Both the position numbers and the translations under genes were made by a program. Positions 29,705-42,849 of a stretch of DNA of 64,000 nt are shown here, piece after piece. Origin of the DNA: Lama glama. Its lineage: Eukaryota. The notes beneath the pieces were generated by a model. The model ran no database searches. It worked only from the letters and a program-made list of their open reading frames with translations, and was not told the origin of the DNA. Location: contig CM052816.1 of the NCBI GenBank assembly GCA_028534125.1, positions 27,654,001-27,718,000 on the forward strand, read 5' to 3'. Every line of letters starts with the position of its first letter. The first letter of the stretch is position 1.

Positions 29705-30149
29705 GTAAGTACTTTTTCCTACTTTCCAACACGTATTTTTATATTTTATATTTTCTGGGTCACTTTAGTTGGGATTAATAGAAAGGAAGTCAGCTACTCA
29801 CAAAGCCAGCTTCTCCTCTTACAGCACAAAGCCCCATATCAATAATTTTTAAAATTGTGATTTATAATTTTTTAAATGTTAAATGGAACAATTAATGAAC
29901 TAACAAAATAATAATGCATATGTGCACACATGCGTGGGCGCACATAGAGAGCGAGACAAGAAAGCCTGAAGGGTTTGACAAACTAATCAATTTGAGAATA
30001 AATATTGAATAGGTTGTCTATCATGCTTTCTACAAAAGCTTTTCATAATTTTAATGTACTTCAACAAGTCTTGATCTAGGCACTTGTGTAAATAGTATAA
30101 ATAGATACTATTTCATGAGTTACCATGTGTTGGCTCCAGCCTTTTATAC

Positions 30150-30320
30150 AAGTACTTCTCAAAGTATGTCCCCCAAACCATCAGCAGCTTAAAGGACTTA
30201 TTAAAAGCAAATTCCTGAATCTAATCCCATATCTACTGAATTAGAATCTCTCAGGGTGAAACCCGGAAAACTATTCTTTTAACTAGCTCTTTGGGGGTGT
30301 TTTAGCCACTGAAGCTTGAG
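30150..30320. mobile_element. MER5A-like hAT-Charlie DNA transposon
   Basis: agtacttctcaaagtatgtcccc...gcaaattcctg...tctactgaattagaatctct. Confidence 0.75.
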
Positions 30321-30645
30321 CTTAACTTCTTTGAGATTAAATTCTTTAGATTAATTTTCTGCTGGTAATTCAGTAGACTGGCTTTCCCCAATGTTCAAAA
30401 CTGCATAGACTTATACTTGATGTGCTTTTTGTACAAAGAAAGATGAATATCTTACTGAGATATAGGCTAGCTCTCTCTAAATACAGATGAGTGTTTCAGC
30501 ACCTGTACAGATATCTGTACAAATGAGGTTATAAGAGTGAGATCTCTTTAGGCATTTCATCGATCCAATTTAAAATCAAAATTGTTTAACCCCTAAACTG
30601 TTTATTTGGTTGACTAAAGCCTCATTCTGTACTTTTTTTTTTCAG

Positions 30646-30830
30646 ATAAAGGAGAAAAGGAATTAGATAGTTGTACTTAAACTTAACCACAAAGAGTCAA
30701 AGTTGGATGTGATATATGTCCAGATGTTCAAAAGGAAACAATTATCATTCATCATTTCCCAGGCTCTCCTAAAACAATGCCAGTTTAGATGGGGGAATAT
30801 GATCAAATAAAACATACCCCTTGGTAATAA
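30646..30830 (+). other. Candidate (alternative) terminal exon
   Basis: Strong acceptor ctcattctgtac(t)10cag| with branch-like sequence about 25-30 nt upstream. Phase-1 frame DKGEKELDSCT* (TAA 30678-30680); AATAAA at 30806-30811. Confidence 0.35.
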
Positions 30831-30941
30831 CTAATTAAGGCTTCCTTTCACATATTGGTGCTTAGTGAATTATCTACCAATGTTTCAATATTTTTACATT
30901 CCAACAGTATACCTGATTATATGAGCGTACAACCATTCTTT

Positions 30942-31441
30942 NNNNNNNNNNNNNNNNNNNNNNNNNNNNNNNNNNNNNNNNNNNNNNNNNNNNNNNNNNN
31001 NNNNNNNNNNNNNNNNNNNNNNNNNNNNNNNNNNNNNNNNNNNNNNNNNNNNNNNNNNNNNNNNNNNNNNNNNNNNNNNNNNNNNNNNNNNNNNNNNNNN
31101 NNNNNNNNNNNNNNNNNNNNNNNNNNNNNNNNNNNNNNNNNNNNNNNNNNNNNNNNNNNNNNNNNNNNNNNNNNNNNNNNNNNNNNNNNNNNNNNNNNNN
31201 NNNNNNNNNNNNNNNNNNNNNNNNNNNNNNNNNNNNNNNNNNNNNNNNNNNNNNNNNNNNNNNNNNNNNNNNNNNNNNNNNNNNNNNNNNNNNNNNNNNN
31301 NNNNNNNNNNNNNNNNNNNNNNNNNNNNNNNNNNNNNNNNNNNNNNNNNNNNNNNNNNNNNNNNNNNNNNNNNNNNNNNNNNNNNNNNNNNNNNNNNNNN
31401 NNNNNNNNNNNNNNNNNNNNNNNNNNNNNNNNNNNNNNNNN
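30942..31441. other. Assembly gap (500 N) flanked by a 171-bp exact duplication
   Basis: N-run of exactly 500; 30771-30941 is identical to 31442-31612. Confidence 0.99.
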
Positions 31442-33856
31442 AAAACAATGCCAGTTTAGATGGGGGAATATGATCAAATAAAACATACCCCTTGGTAATA
31501 ACTAATTAAGGCTTCCTTTCACATATTGGTGCTTAGTGAATTATCTACCAATGTTTCAATATTTTTACATTCCAACAGTATACCTGATTATATGAGCGTA
31601 CAACCATTCTTTCTGTTTTGATTTTGAAATTAAAACCAAACAATTCTCTAAGTAAATATTAGAATTTCTGATGGTAGTTTCTAGTGATAAGGAGCTAACA
31701 GCTATTAACCTGAGTGCTGGGTGTTGTGTGATGTTAATATACTGCTCTGTAGACCACAGATATCTGGGTTCCCTCTCTGCTGTCTCACGTCTCATGCTAG
31801 AATACCGTTCTCCAGGACAAAACAATGTTCTGGACAAAAATTCATTCTGTCTATACATACTGTTAGCAGTATAGTCCATAACTACCTAGCTTGAACTGTC
31901 CATGAAGCATTGGATGGTATGTATGAAGCTGAGAGAGAAGGTCTTCCCTTCTACGTTGAGCTTAGCTTACACCTGAGGATAGGAAGATTGGGTAGTATGG
32001 TTAAGTGAATATGAATGTTTTGATCTGCAGTTTATAGAATGCTCTGCATTTGGTGATTTTTCTTCATTTGGTCTAGTAACCCTTTCATTTGGTTTCTGGA
32101 TTGGGAAAAAATGTGAGAATAGTCTAATTAAAGTAATTTAATTCAACCACCCAAGGAAAATACTTCAACTACTAATTTAAAAACCCATAATATGCACAGA
32201 CACAAATACATACACATATCTATCCATGTATTTGCTTATTAGAGCCCTTGATTCCTTTATAAAAATATGTTTTTATAAAAATAGAAATCTCATCTCAAAA
32301 AATTTGGCCACTCATATTATAAATTGATATTGAATATCTTTACTAGTATAACTGCTATGGAGTACTGCAGGAAGTCTTTGTCCTCAAGAAGTTGTATGAG
32401 AAATTTATGCCTTAATCACTTTTTACTTCATAAAAAAGTAATAAAGCTATATATTAAAGTTTTAGATATCTCATTGAGATTATTGACTAAATGATATATT
32501 ATTGTTATCATGACAAATTTTAGATAATCTGCTTTAAAAAGTAAAAATAGTAAACAAAGAATACTTAAACTTTTATATTAAAATACTATTTGAATTAAAA
32601 ATATATTCTTGTAGACAATTTTTTATTATTTTTATGTACATTAATTTTTATATGAAAACATTATCCAAAACAGAAATATCTTTCCTATTAAAATATATAT
32701 GAATTTATGATAAGTGACTGCTTTTAATACATGATCTACTTTAACTACTAATAATTGTTCAAAACCCCAGTGTAAAACAGTTATGTTGTAAACTGTTTAG
32801 ATATCCTAAAATACCAAAATGAGCATTATAAAATATTACTGCAGAAATCTTTGAAACATTGTCAAACGTATATTTAAATTTGCCAGTGCAGTATTCAAAG
32901 AAAACAGTTAGGTTAGTTAGCCTATAATTGAAATTAGTATTCAATTTGATTTTGTTCATTTGTTGCCCATTAAAAAATATATTTTAGTGTTATTTAAATT
33001 AATATATTTGATATTTAATGATGAAATAAATACTTACTTAATAAATCAATTGAATTATTTAATAGAAAGAAAGAAGTATTATTCCCTCCCTTTATTTTCA
33101 TCTTCCCATAAACCCGTTATACAGTGTGCATTTTTTCAAAATATATGAAAGGAAAGAATCTTTCAGAATATCATAAAAATTTAATCAGATCCCTTGTGGG
33201 GACACTTAGAGACAATATGCTGTAATCACTTCCTTTAGTCTTGATCTTTGAGGTGTGTATCAGGTAACATTGTTAATGTTCATTGTCTTTTGGGAGTTAT
33301 GTGTAATTTTTCTATGCCTCATAAGTCTACAACTATATGCTCAATGCTTTAATGAGAATTGCTCTAACCTTGTCTACACAATGCACTAAAAGAGAGTCAA
33401 ATCCCCTTTCTGAACTTTAGGGACCCATTCCTTGCCATGTATTATTCATGTTAAATAAGTTAATGTCATTGGGAGACAGAATTGCTGCCTTGTGTGATAA
33501 AAGATTTTAAGTGAGGTGAAGTTAATTACTTATTGCCCACGCTCTGGTGTGCTTTTCCATATGGCCTTTTTTTGGCATAAGAGTGACAAGAAGTCATCAG
33601 GGCAAAGTCATAAGCAGAATTTTTATATTAAAACTTTAATGTATCAGTGCCCAGGGCACTAGCTAATTCCAGCTTTCTAGTTACAGAACCTGAGTGAATA
33701 GTTTAGCATCTAGTGCTTCTCAATATGCTTACTTTAGTTCAACTTCTGTCTCTTAAATCAAATACAGAATTATCTCCCAAGTGCCTCAATTTCATGTGTC
33801 AGTGAGCTTGAGGGGAATGTTTTTATTAGCAGCACTCCAGTTTCCTCATGGGAAAC

Positions 33857-33983
33857 ATACCAAACTTTTTTTTTTTAATTTTTAACAGAGGTACTGGAAA
33901 TTGAACCCAGGACCTTGTGCATGCTAATCATGCACTCTACCACTGAGCTATAGCCATCCCCACCGCACCAATACCAAAACTTT
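33857..33983 (-). mobile_element. tRNA-Ala-derived camelid SINE (vic-1 type) with TSD
   Basis: Reverse complement tatagctcagtggtagagtgcatgattagcatgcacaaggtcctgggttcaatttccagtacctc is tRNA-Ala(AGC)-like with A/B boxes and an A tail. TSD ataccaaa(a)cttt at 33857-33868 and 33971-33983. Confidence 0.9.
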
Positions 33984-35599
33984 GAAATCACAACTAGGGG
34001 TTTTGAAGTGAAGAAAATCCGAAATGTGCATAGTGGGAAGGGCAGTATAACATTTTAGTTGTCTTGGATCATGGGAAAGAAGATAATATGCTCCTTTACC
34101 TTTTCTAATTATGAAAAGGTATTTGAAAATATTCCTTGATTGACAAATACTTGTTCTGGTACCAGCCTTGTCAATCAATACATGTAATAATTATTGGAAC
34201 TAAAGACTAGAGTGTGAGCAGTTGAGCTCTATAATGTCTACATCAGAGAAGCATGGGGCCAGCAATCTTGCTGAGTGGGTAGGTTGTGACTTGGCATCAG
34301 GTTACACTTGAATAGTAGACCACTACTTTTACTTCATTGGTCTGTTCATTTGCAGTGGATTTGAGTCCTATTGCAAATTTAGTCTAAAGCTTCTTCCATA
34401 CAAGGCCTTGGCACTGCTACTCCATATTGAAACTGTAGAACTAGACGGGACTTCAAAATTATTTTAGAGTAATTCATTTTATAGTTGAGAAATTGAGGGC
34501 TAAAAGTTAGAGTGATTCAGTCAAAATTACAGTTTAATTCTTTATGCTTTAATGCCATTAAAAGCTCTCTTAATTCTAAAATAAATTAACATACATGCAT
34601 CATTCACTATTCCTAAACAGGTATCAAAAAAACCTACAATCAAACCACAAATTTTATTTTTTCTTATTAAGTATTGGAAATGCTTTCTTTGCACTGCATG
34701 TAAGAATGTGATTACCAAGAAAGCTAGTAACAATATAATGTTTTTAGAGAAGAAATTTTATACAATTTAAGCACAATTGTGAGATATATTTTAGTTTCAT
34801 AATTTCTTTATTTATGTATTAGTGATATTGAATTGCCATGCAAAAGGAAATTTGTGATTGAAAAAGATTTTCACTAGTATTACACTTGTCTTGTATCTTT
34901 TTGATGCTTAATGATAGCAATCTTTTTTCTTAAATGAAGAAAGGTACTTAACTATCATCTTAGTTGCCTTACACTGTAGTCATAATTTTATTAAAAAATA
35001 ATACTTTGCATATTGTCCTTTTAGAAAGAGATTTTTGATAGATGGTAGGGGAAAAAAAGAAATTCAGTTAATTAGTAATGAAATAAAACTTGCCAAGAAA
35101 GCAAGGCCAAGTCCAATTTAATGTGATTAAATAGCAATTATAATTTTAGAGCTATTAAGGCAACAGTGTGAATTGATTTGGGTTCTAGTCAGTCCCAAGG
35201 AGGGACAGATGCACACTGTGTCGACAGATGCAGTCACTTCAGTGAATAATGCCCTGGAGTGGGCATCAGGAGGGCTGAGTCTATGTTCGGCTTTACCGGT
35301 AATTTTGCAGAGCTCTTATTTTTATCACACATTTTAAATCTATGGCTGTTATTCTGTTCTTACCTTTTTCTTATAGAAAGATTTTGATGGTCAGAGAATT
35401 CTGTAAGAGGGTGTTTGGTAGATTTAGATGATGCTTTGCATGATTTTAATACATTTCACTACTATTAAGAGCATAGTCAAGGAAAGAAAAACGTCATTGA
35501 TGGATATTATAACACTTCAGTAGTTTGGCACAGTAGAGTGACTGCTACATGGATTAGAAGTGCTGTTTTTTCGATGACTAAAGTCTTAATCCAATATCT

Positions 35600-36950
35600 T
35601 TAACAACTCTCTTTCTTCTCTTTCTTTTACTTTTTCACATGATTTCCCTGTGCCAGTTTCTCTTTCCTTATTCTCAAGTATCACCCAGTGCTCAGTATCT
35701 CAAAACTCTGATCTTTTGGCTAATCTCTCTGCTAAGCTTCAAACTCTCTTTATATATGTCAGTTGGATCTTTCCAAATGGATATCTTACAAGCCCTTCAG
35801 ACCCACCAAATCTTCAGACTAACTTTGCTATCTTTTTCATTAAACACCCTTCATTAACTCGTAAGCTCATTACTCATACTGGTGTTACCGTGGGCAACAG
35901 CAGGGCCACCCTCGACCTCGGTTCTTTTTGGTGCAACAAAGAATTGAGGAGCCACAGCAGTAGGAGAGTATTAGGCGAGTTTATTTTGAAAGAAAATACA
36001 CTTGAAGAGAGAAGTGGGCCAAGCCAAGGGAGGCAATGGCCCCGAAAGCAGAGGATTTTAGCTTTTTAAGCTTTGGTGTCGCCTGGGGAGCCACGTCATT
36101 TTGATTGACAGCCAAGACTTTTGTTACGGGTATCTGAACTGCACATGTTTTTGCCAGAATTCATTCTGTTTTAATGAGATGAATATATGGGCAGAATATG
36201 TAACAGGAGATAATGTTTTAGGGTGGTAGGGTCACTGGAGAACAAGGGGTTCTAGGCTTTGCACATGTTCTGTCAGGGGAATTTCCCACTGTGGTTTTCA
36301 GTCTTCTCTTCAGTTGGTTGTTCCTTAGGTGTTCCATGCAAGTGGTGGGACCGAGTCTCTTTTGAGTCCTCCCTGGATATTGTCCTCCTGGGCCTTACCA
36401 TGTCTGACTGACTGCCTAACATAAGGACATTTAGAACTGGCTTATATGAAGTTCTTAGCTCAGTGTCTGATACATCGTAAGACTTAAATGACTAGCAGTG
36501 ATGCACTTATAGTACACGTACCATCTTTCAGTCAATTTGGCTGCCATATTTATCTCATCTTTACCTTGAGTAGACTTTATAATGCTGCACAAGTTCTTTC
36601 TACATCTCACTCAAGCTTTAAAAACCTTCAAAAACTCAAACTGTCTGAAGTTTTGTGGCATTTGAGGTCCTTACTGACGTACCCCAACCTGTAAGGTTCT
36701 GGGTTCATTCTGTACCACTACCCCACCTTTGGAGTACACCAGGCACACTCTTGCCCCTCGATCTTGTTTATTCTGCTTTTCCCTTTCTGAATTGCTCTTT
36801 ATCCATTTTACTTCATAGCAAAACTTCACACCTAACCATTTTAATCTGTTTTGAAGTCTTTCCTGATTTTCACCCCTTGATGTATAGAGCGGTAATTGCT
36901 TCATGCTCTGGAAACCCTTCATCATTTGTTGACATTGCTTATTAAAATTG
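35600..36950 (+). mobile_element. Degenerate L2 pieces (about 35600-35860 and 36500-36950) on either side of an LTR
   Basis: ttccaaatggatatcttacaagcccttcagacc...; ccaggcacactcttgcccctc...tgcttttccctttctgaattgctctt. Confidence 0.6.
35883..36421 (-). mobile_element. Solo ERV LTR (about 540 bp)
   Basis: TGTTA...TAACA terminal inverted ends, minus-strand AATAAA (tttatt at about 35979), GC-richer with retained CpGs. No clear TSD. Confidence 0.8.
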
Positions 36951-36959
36951 TTAACATTT

Positions 36960-37180
36960 ATCATGTTTTTGATACCACCTACAAGTGTTTAACATGTATA
37001 CATCTATGTATACTTTATGGGAAGACACTATTGTTATCCACATTTTACGGATGAGAAACTCAGGCAAGAGTGGTTAAGAAACTGCCTAAAATCAGACAGC
37101 TAGTCAGTGGTGGAGTCAGGCTTTGACCCAGGAAGTCTGGCTTCTGTGCCTGCACAATTATTTACTGTTTATTGCCTCCC
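36960..37180 (-). mobile_element. MIR SINE
   Basis: tattgttatccacattttacggatgagaaactcaggc...agctagtcagtggtggagtcaggctttgacccagg. Confidence 0.85.
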
Positions 37181-37651
37181 AATAGTATTTAACACTGGAT
37201 GGATTCATGTGCCTCAGTCATATCCTTGAGCTTAAGGGAAGACCTCAGCTCTGTGTAGTACATGCATTAGTTTGGCAGTACAAATATAATTAGGGGCAAT
37301 TAGGATGTAAGCCTATGCAAGTGATAACTGATTGCAAGTGATTTTTACTGTTAAAGTGCTTCTGAAAGTGTAATTATCCATAATCATGAACAATCAACTT
37401 ATATTACTAAGGGAGTGATTATTCATTTTTGTGACTTGGTTTTTTTTTGTCATTTACTGACTTCATCTCTGGCCCATCATTCCCACTTTTTTTAGTTTAT
37501 CTGCTCATTAGAAGAGAGAGAAGATCAATTCTAATAATTCATCCTTGTTGTCTACTAAAGTAGGGGAACATTAAACTATTAGACAACATAATGCTTGGGG
37601 TTATAAGGTAAATTTTATGTGTATATACTTATTTTCCATTATTATCAATAA

Positions 37652-37824
37652 CCAAAATCTATTTAAATTTTTATAGATTCTGTTTTTATAAATATACCAC
37701 TTTTAAATTTTTATTTATTTATTTTTCGTTTAATGGAAATACTGGGGATTGAACCCAGGACCTTGTGCTTACTATGCATGCACTCTACCACTGAGCTATA
37801 CCCTCCCCCCAAAATTTATTTAAA
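37652..37824 (-). mobile_element. tRNA-Ala-derived camelid SINE (vic-1 type) with extended tail and TSD
   Basis: SINE body at about 37730-37810 (ggggattgaacccaggaccttgtgc...ctaccactgagctataccctcccc). Flanking 15/16 direct repeat ccaaaat(c/t)tatttaaa at 37652-37667 and 37809-37824. Confidence 0.9.
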
Positions 37825-38469
37825 ATTTAAGAACCATGTGTTGAATATTTACTATGTGCTAGGCTTTGTAGACTACATTAATCACTATTTTAAGAGGCAG
37901 AAAGGGTAAACTTTATCTTATATTTTCACCTTTTAATATAGAACCAATCTGAGAAATCTCATGAAATAATTTTTGACAATACGCATTACTTAACTTAGCA
38001 GTGCTCATAAATACACCTGTGTAAAAATTCTGGCTTTAGGAAACTTTGTTCATTTCTCATTGGGTGAATATATCTGAACTTCTTGCTTTGACATTTACAG
38101 CCTCCTCCTATCTTACATCTTCGTTATACTTCAATTTCAAGTCCCAAAATCTTCCCCAGGAGCATTCTTCTGACCACACTGAGGGGGTCCCCAAACACAT
38201 CACATACATGTGCTCCAGGACCTTTGTTGTGCCTGTTGTACTCTCCATCTCTCATCTCTGTTGTGCATTTTCCTCTGCCATTGAAACCCAACCAAACAGG
38301 AAGATCTCAAGGGAAACATCTCTGGGGAACTGCCTTGTTACTAGTTTGTCTCTGTACCATGAACTCCTGCAGTGCTTGTTACATCTATTGTTGACACTTA
38401 TCCCTGATACATTCTATTTTATCTCCTTTTCTGCCTGTCCTGTCTCACTTATTAGTGTTGTTTATATAA

Positions 38470-38660
38470 TAAAAGTAATACAAAATGTCATTTATTGGGT
38501 ACTTTCTCATAGTCAGGCACTAGCACTTAAATTTTAACAAACTTTATCTCATTGACTGTTCACAATAGCCCTAGGAGGTAAACATTACAAAGCAACTAAC
38601 AGAGTCTCAGAGAGTTCAAGACCCTTGCCCTGAATTTCACAGTAAGTGGTGGATCCACTG
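38470..38660 (-). mobile_element. MIR SINE
   Basis: catttattgggtactttctcatagtcaggcactagcact...ttatctcattgactgttcacaatagccctaggaggta. Confidence 0.75.
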
Positions 38661-40711
38661 CTTTTTTTTTCATGATTCCCTCTAAGACCAGAAATTTGTT
38701 TCATGGCTCATGTGTTTCTCTGCAGGTTATTGTGAAGCAACAGTAAGATAAACCTCATGCACAAAGGGGACCTTAATCATCTTTGAGTAATCATACTGTC
38801 TCTTACAGTATGATTAAAAAGTACATGAGTGAAGAGGAATAAAAACATCAATAAGTACCTTATCTGCATAATTGAAAAAATCCCTCTAATGACATAGCAA
38901 TGTAAATAACAATTTATTGATAAAGAAATTATATGAGAGTACCATAATTTTGGAACTTACTGGTAACTATATAATGGTAAGCAGGAACAACATATTTTCG
39001 AATGTTAGGTAGTTACCTAGATCATCATCATATGACAGAAAAATGATAATTTTTGAAAATTTTAAATCATCAAAATGACTTTATAGTTTTATTTCCAAAT
39101 TTCTTACATCATCAGTGAATCATTTCACAATGTAATTTTTCCCTGTTGCTTTCCAGGTTTTGAGAATGTTTGACTTGAGAGATGTTATTTTCTAGTTTTC
39201 ATTAACACTGACAACAATCTACACTGTCTCTATTAATGGGGAGTAACCTCTAAAAGGTTGATCAATTATATAAGAACTGTCTCTGAATTTGAATATACAT
39301 ACCTATATTTAGGTTTCCTTTACCTAATTGTCACACTCCTTGATTTTTCAGGTGATATTATTCACTTTTTAAGGAAGAGCCCAGCAACTCCAGGAGTAAA
39401 ATCTGATTATCATGTTTAAGCTTTGATGTTGATTTTACAGTTACAGCCATGATCAAGGTGTCTACTGAAATAACATTTTTCTTTCTAGTAACATAATGAT
39501 TTATGACACCTTTCTTTTCTTTGACAGACAACCTAGAATATTTTCAGTTTATCTAATATATGTCTAGTAAAAATCTATTTATACTTCTGTGGGTGGGCAC
39601 AGCAAAGCATGAAATAAGGCTGAGTGTCAGCAGTGACTCTCTCATTAATAAAAATCTTGGAGAAAAATTTGACTCAAACAGCAGGGGTTGGGGTTCTCTT
39701 TCTTATCTCTTTTGAAATCTACCTAGTGACTTTTATTGCTACCTTTTAAATCTTGTCAAAAGGCTAAATGCTTAGTTATCTTAACATTCTAAGCCATCTT
39801 TTCACTATGTGGAGTTTTATATGGTTATTAGTAAATTGAAAGTCTCACACTATGTGTATTTGGTCCAGGAGATGTCTTTTTCCAGTTTTTGTTTGCTTAA
39901 AAATGTATCTTTCATTTTCAATCCACTGTGAAAATACATATGTGGGTAATTTTTTGAGGAATTGTTTTTAAATAGTAATTATCTTAAGTTATATTTTATT
40001 TAATGGAATTAAGTTAGATGTTTTTCAGCTTGGTTTCAGGTTGTTCAGTGAGCTGAGGTTCATGTCATCCAGTTGTATGATCATTTATACATCTTTTCAA
40101 AACCATCCTCCTCATCTCTTCCATATTCAGGAAAGACCTTGGCAGTTAAGATAAGGTTTTCCTTTCCCTTCTATCCTCTGCCTTCACTTGTCTGATCTGA
40201 TCTGTTTGACCTTCTCAAAACCCTAGCCTTATGGTCCTTTGACCTTCTCCAGTTTAAAAGTCTTAGAAATCCATTCCACTTCAGCAGTTCCCACTTAACA
40301 TTTGAAACATCACTACTTCCAGCTGCTCATCTTATAAGATCTCATGTCTTTGATACCAAACTTTTTAATTTCTATTTCTGCCATAGAACTTGTTCTTTTG
40401 CTTCCCTTGACCATCAGTTGCTTCGCTGAGTTACTAATCTCCCAGTCCTCCAGGCATTTCTAGATTTCACCTGTCTCTATTCACCCCAGATTCTTCTAGT
40501 CAACAGATCATGTTCTCTCACTCTGATAAACTTTTGGTGCTCCTGCTTTGTCAGTACCCAAAGTTGGAGGGATACAAGCATCTGATTTGTTTTTACTTGC
40601 ATTATAGATTTATTTTGTGGCCCAGAATCACATAATTTGATAAATTTATCTCCAGCACAAACACCATTATTTCCAAATAAGAGTATTATAAAAGGAATAG
40701 AAACTTGAAAA

Positions 40712-40733
40712 TCTCTCTCTCTCTCTCTCTCTC
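40712..40733. repeat. (TC)n microsatellite
   Basis: About 11 TC units. Confidence 0.9.
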
Positions 40734-40749
40734 TTTTTCCAGAAAAGTT

Positions 40750-41080
40750 TGGGTAGGTTTGTGTTTCAAGCTGGGTGGGGAATAAAGGAGAATGTAACTG
40801 GAAAGGTGAGTTAGCTCTAGGTCATATAAGGATCTAAAATATCATGCTAAGGAGTTGAAATTCATCCTATAGTTAATAGGGAATAGTTGAGAAAAATCTA
40901 AGTGGATAAATAATATTCTCAGAGCTGCACTGAACTTTTAGAAACAAAATGTGGCAATAGTGTGGGAGAGTATTGTCATATGAAGAAAATTGAAGTCTAT
41001 CAGACTAGTTTGGAGGCTTTTGAGACTTTGCAATCATGAAGCATTATCGCCTGAATTAGGCAGCTGGAATAGGAACGAAG
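40750..41080 (-). mobile_element. Degenerate L2 fragment
   Basis: catgctaaggagttgaaattcatcctatagttaataggga...agactagtttggaggct. Confidence 0.6.
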
Positions 41081-42849
41081 AACTCTTTCTCCTTCACTGT
41101 GTTCTTTGGCAAACTAGTATCTTGCATAACATTCGTAATGATCTGTACTCTATAGGCGACCTTCAGAAAAGTTTCTGGGTTCTTTAACAAGATAAGGTGT
41201 CAATTCAACTCTCTCATAGGAAACAGATGAGTTTGCCAAATTGTCTTTCCTAGGTAAAGCCTGGCATGTGTCTTTCCATGGGTGGAATTATTACATATAC
41301 TGCAACAGGGGGATGTAACATGCAGGGCTTGTAAAACTTTTTGTAAAGTGTTTCATTGTACAGAAATTATGCCAGCTTACTATTTAATTTCCATCAGAGA
41401 GGGGGTTTTCCCCTCAGAGCTCTAAATGTGCTAAGAGCATTGAACCTACCTGAAATGACTTAAGAGGATTATAATTGAATTGTCACCAAAATCACACAAT
41501 CTCTGCCAGGGAGGTTAAAATTTTTTGGAAATGCTTTCTACTTTTAAAGCAGCCACCAAGCTTAAGCATAGAGCCTGTTTGGGAGTTGTCGGTCAACTTC
41601 TCTGTTTCCCCTGTGACCTCAGTGAGCTAGGTTAGTTAAAAGTCCTGGATAACTCTGATTAAGAACTCACAGCTTTGGAATAAGGATGTCAGCAGCAAGA
41701 ATAATCTGAATCTTCCTTGGCATTGCTATGGATAGGAAATAAAGGTGTAGTATAAGTTCTTTTGGCTTGTTTCCTCTCTATCTTTTGTTACCCTGATATT
41801 TCCAACTTACTGTAAAAGGAAAAAAATTGGGCTGAAGAGAAGAGAAATTTCTAGTTTTGTCAGGTACTGTAACATTTCTTATAGTCAAGTGCTTTTCCCT
41901 TTAATTTAACATGATTTATTATCTGCACTGGTAGAATAGACGTACCTAGAACCTTTCAAGTGGCAACCTATCTTGAAAAAAATAACAATAAATTACAATT
42001 ATATTCTGACTACTCTGACTCAAGTTCCTTGCTACATGACCTTAGTTTTATATTTTTCTGTCATTTTGAAGATTTTAAGAGCCTGCATAAATAAGTGTTT
42101 GTGTTCAGTTAGCTGTCATGGAGCAGAAATTCAATCATTAATCTTTAACAAAGTCCATAAAGCAGATATTTATTAATTTAGCCTGCTCTACTTTGAATGA
42201 AATTTATGTTTTCTATAAAATTTTATTTATCTCTTATTTTAGTTTTCCTTTCCCCCTTCTATTAAGGTTTGTGTATACTTGCTATATTTTTCCCAACCTC
42301 CTGCTACCACCTTTTAAAATTTTAATAGGATCAAAATAGATTTGTGTGAAATCTATCTCAATAGTGCAACTGATATCCCAGGTGAAAAAGCATTTTTATT
42401 AGTATCTTAAGTCACTTGAACTTCCGTGAATATTGACAGGTCATCTTTTAAATATTGTTTTATTCAACAACAATGACTTAAGCCCTTATGTTTCAACTTT
42501 TTTGTTAGTGACTTGACATACAAAGAGAATCCATGAAGTCCTGGTTATCTAATAAGGGTAATACTTAATTAGAAATTGGAAATCTATTTAATTTTTCTCA
42601 AAAAGAATCTTTGAATTCTTCTCTTGACTAATTCTTCTTGTTGCATGACATTAGACACTTACTCTGTAGTGGACTTCAGCGTAATAGAAATACAATAATT
42701 AGTTCTTGCCTTATGCGCTGTGTGGATAATAAGGAGTCTATCTGAGTAGGGAGAAGAAATGAGTTCTTATAGTTTTCAGTATTCCAGAGCTTTTATTCTT
42801 TTAGTCCTTATCTCACATACACACAGAAACTTATATCAAAATGGCTTTT

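Noticed and set aside
30504..30521. Perfect 18-bp palindrome tgtacagatatctgtaca
   Set aside because: Roughly one such palindrome is plausible by chance in 64 kb of AT-rich DNA, and there is no supporting context.
30855..31486. Long ORFs of 184-208 aa
   Set aside because: Artefacts of translating the N gap.
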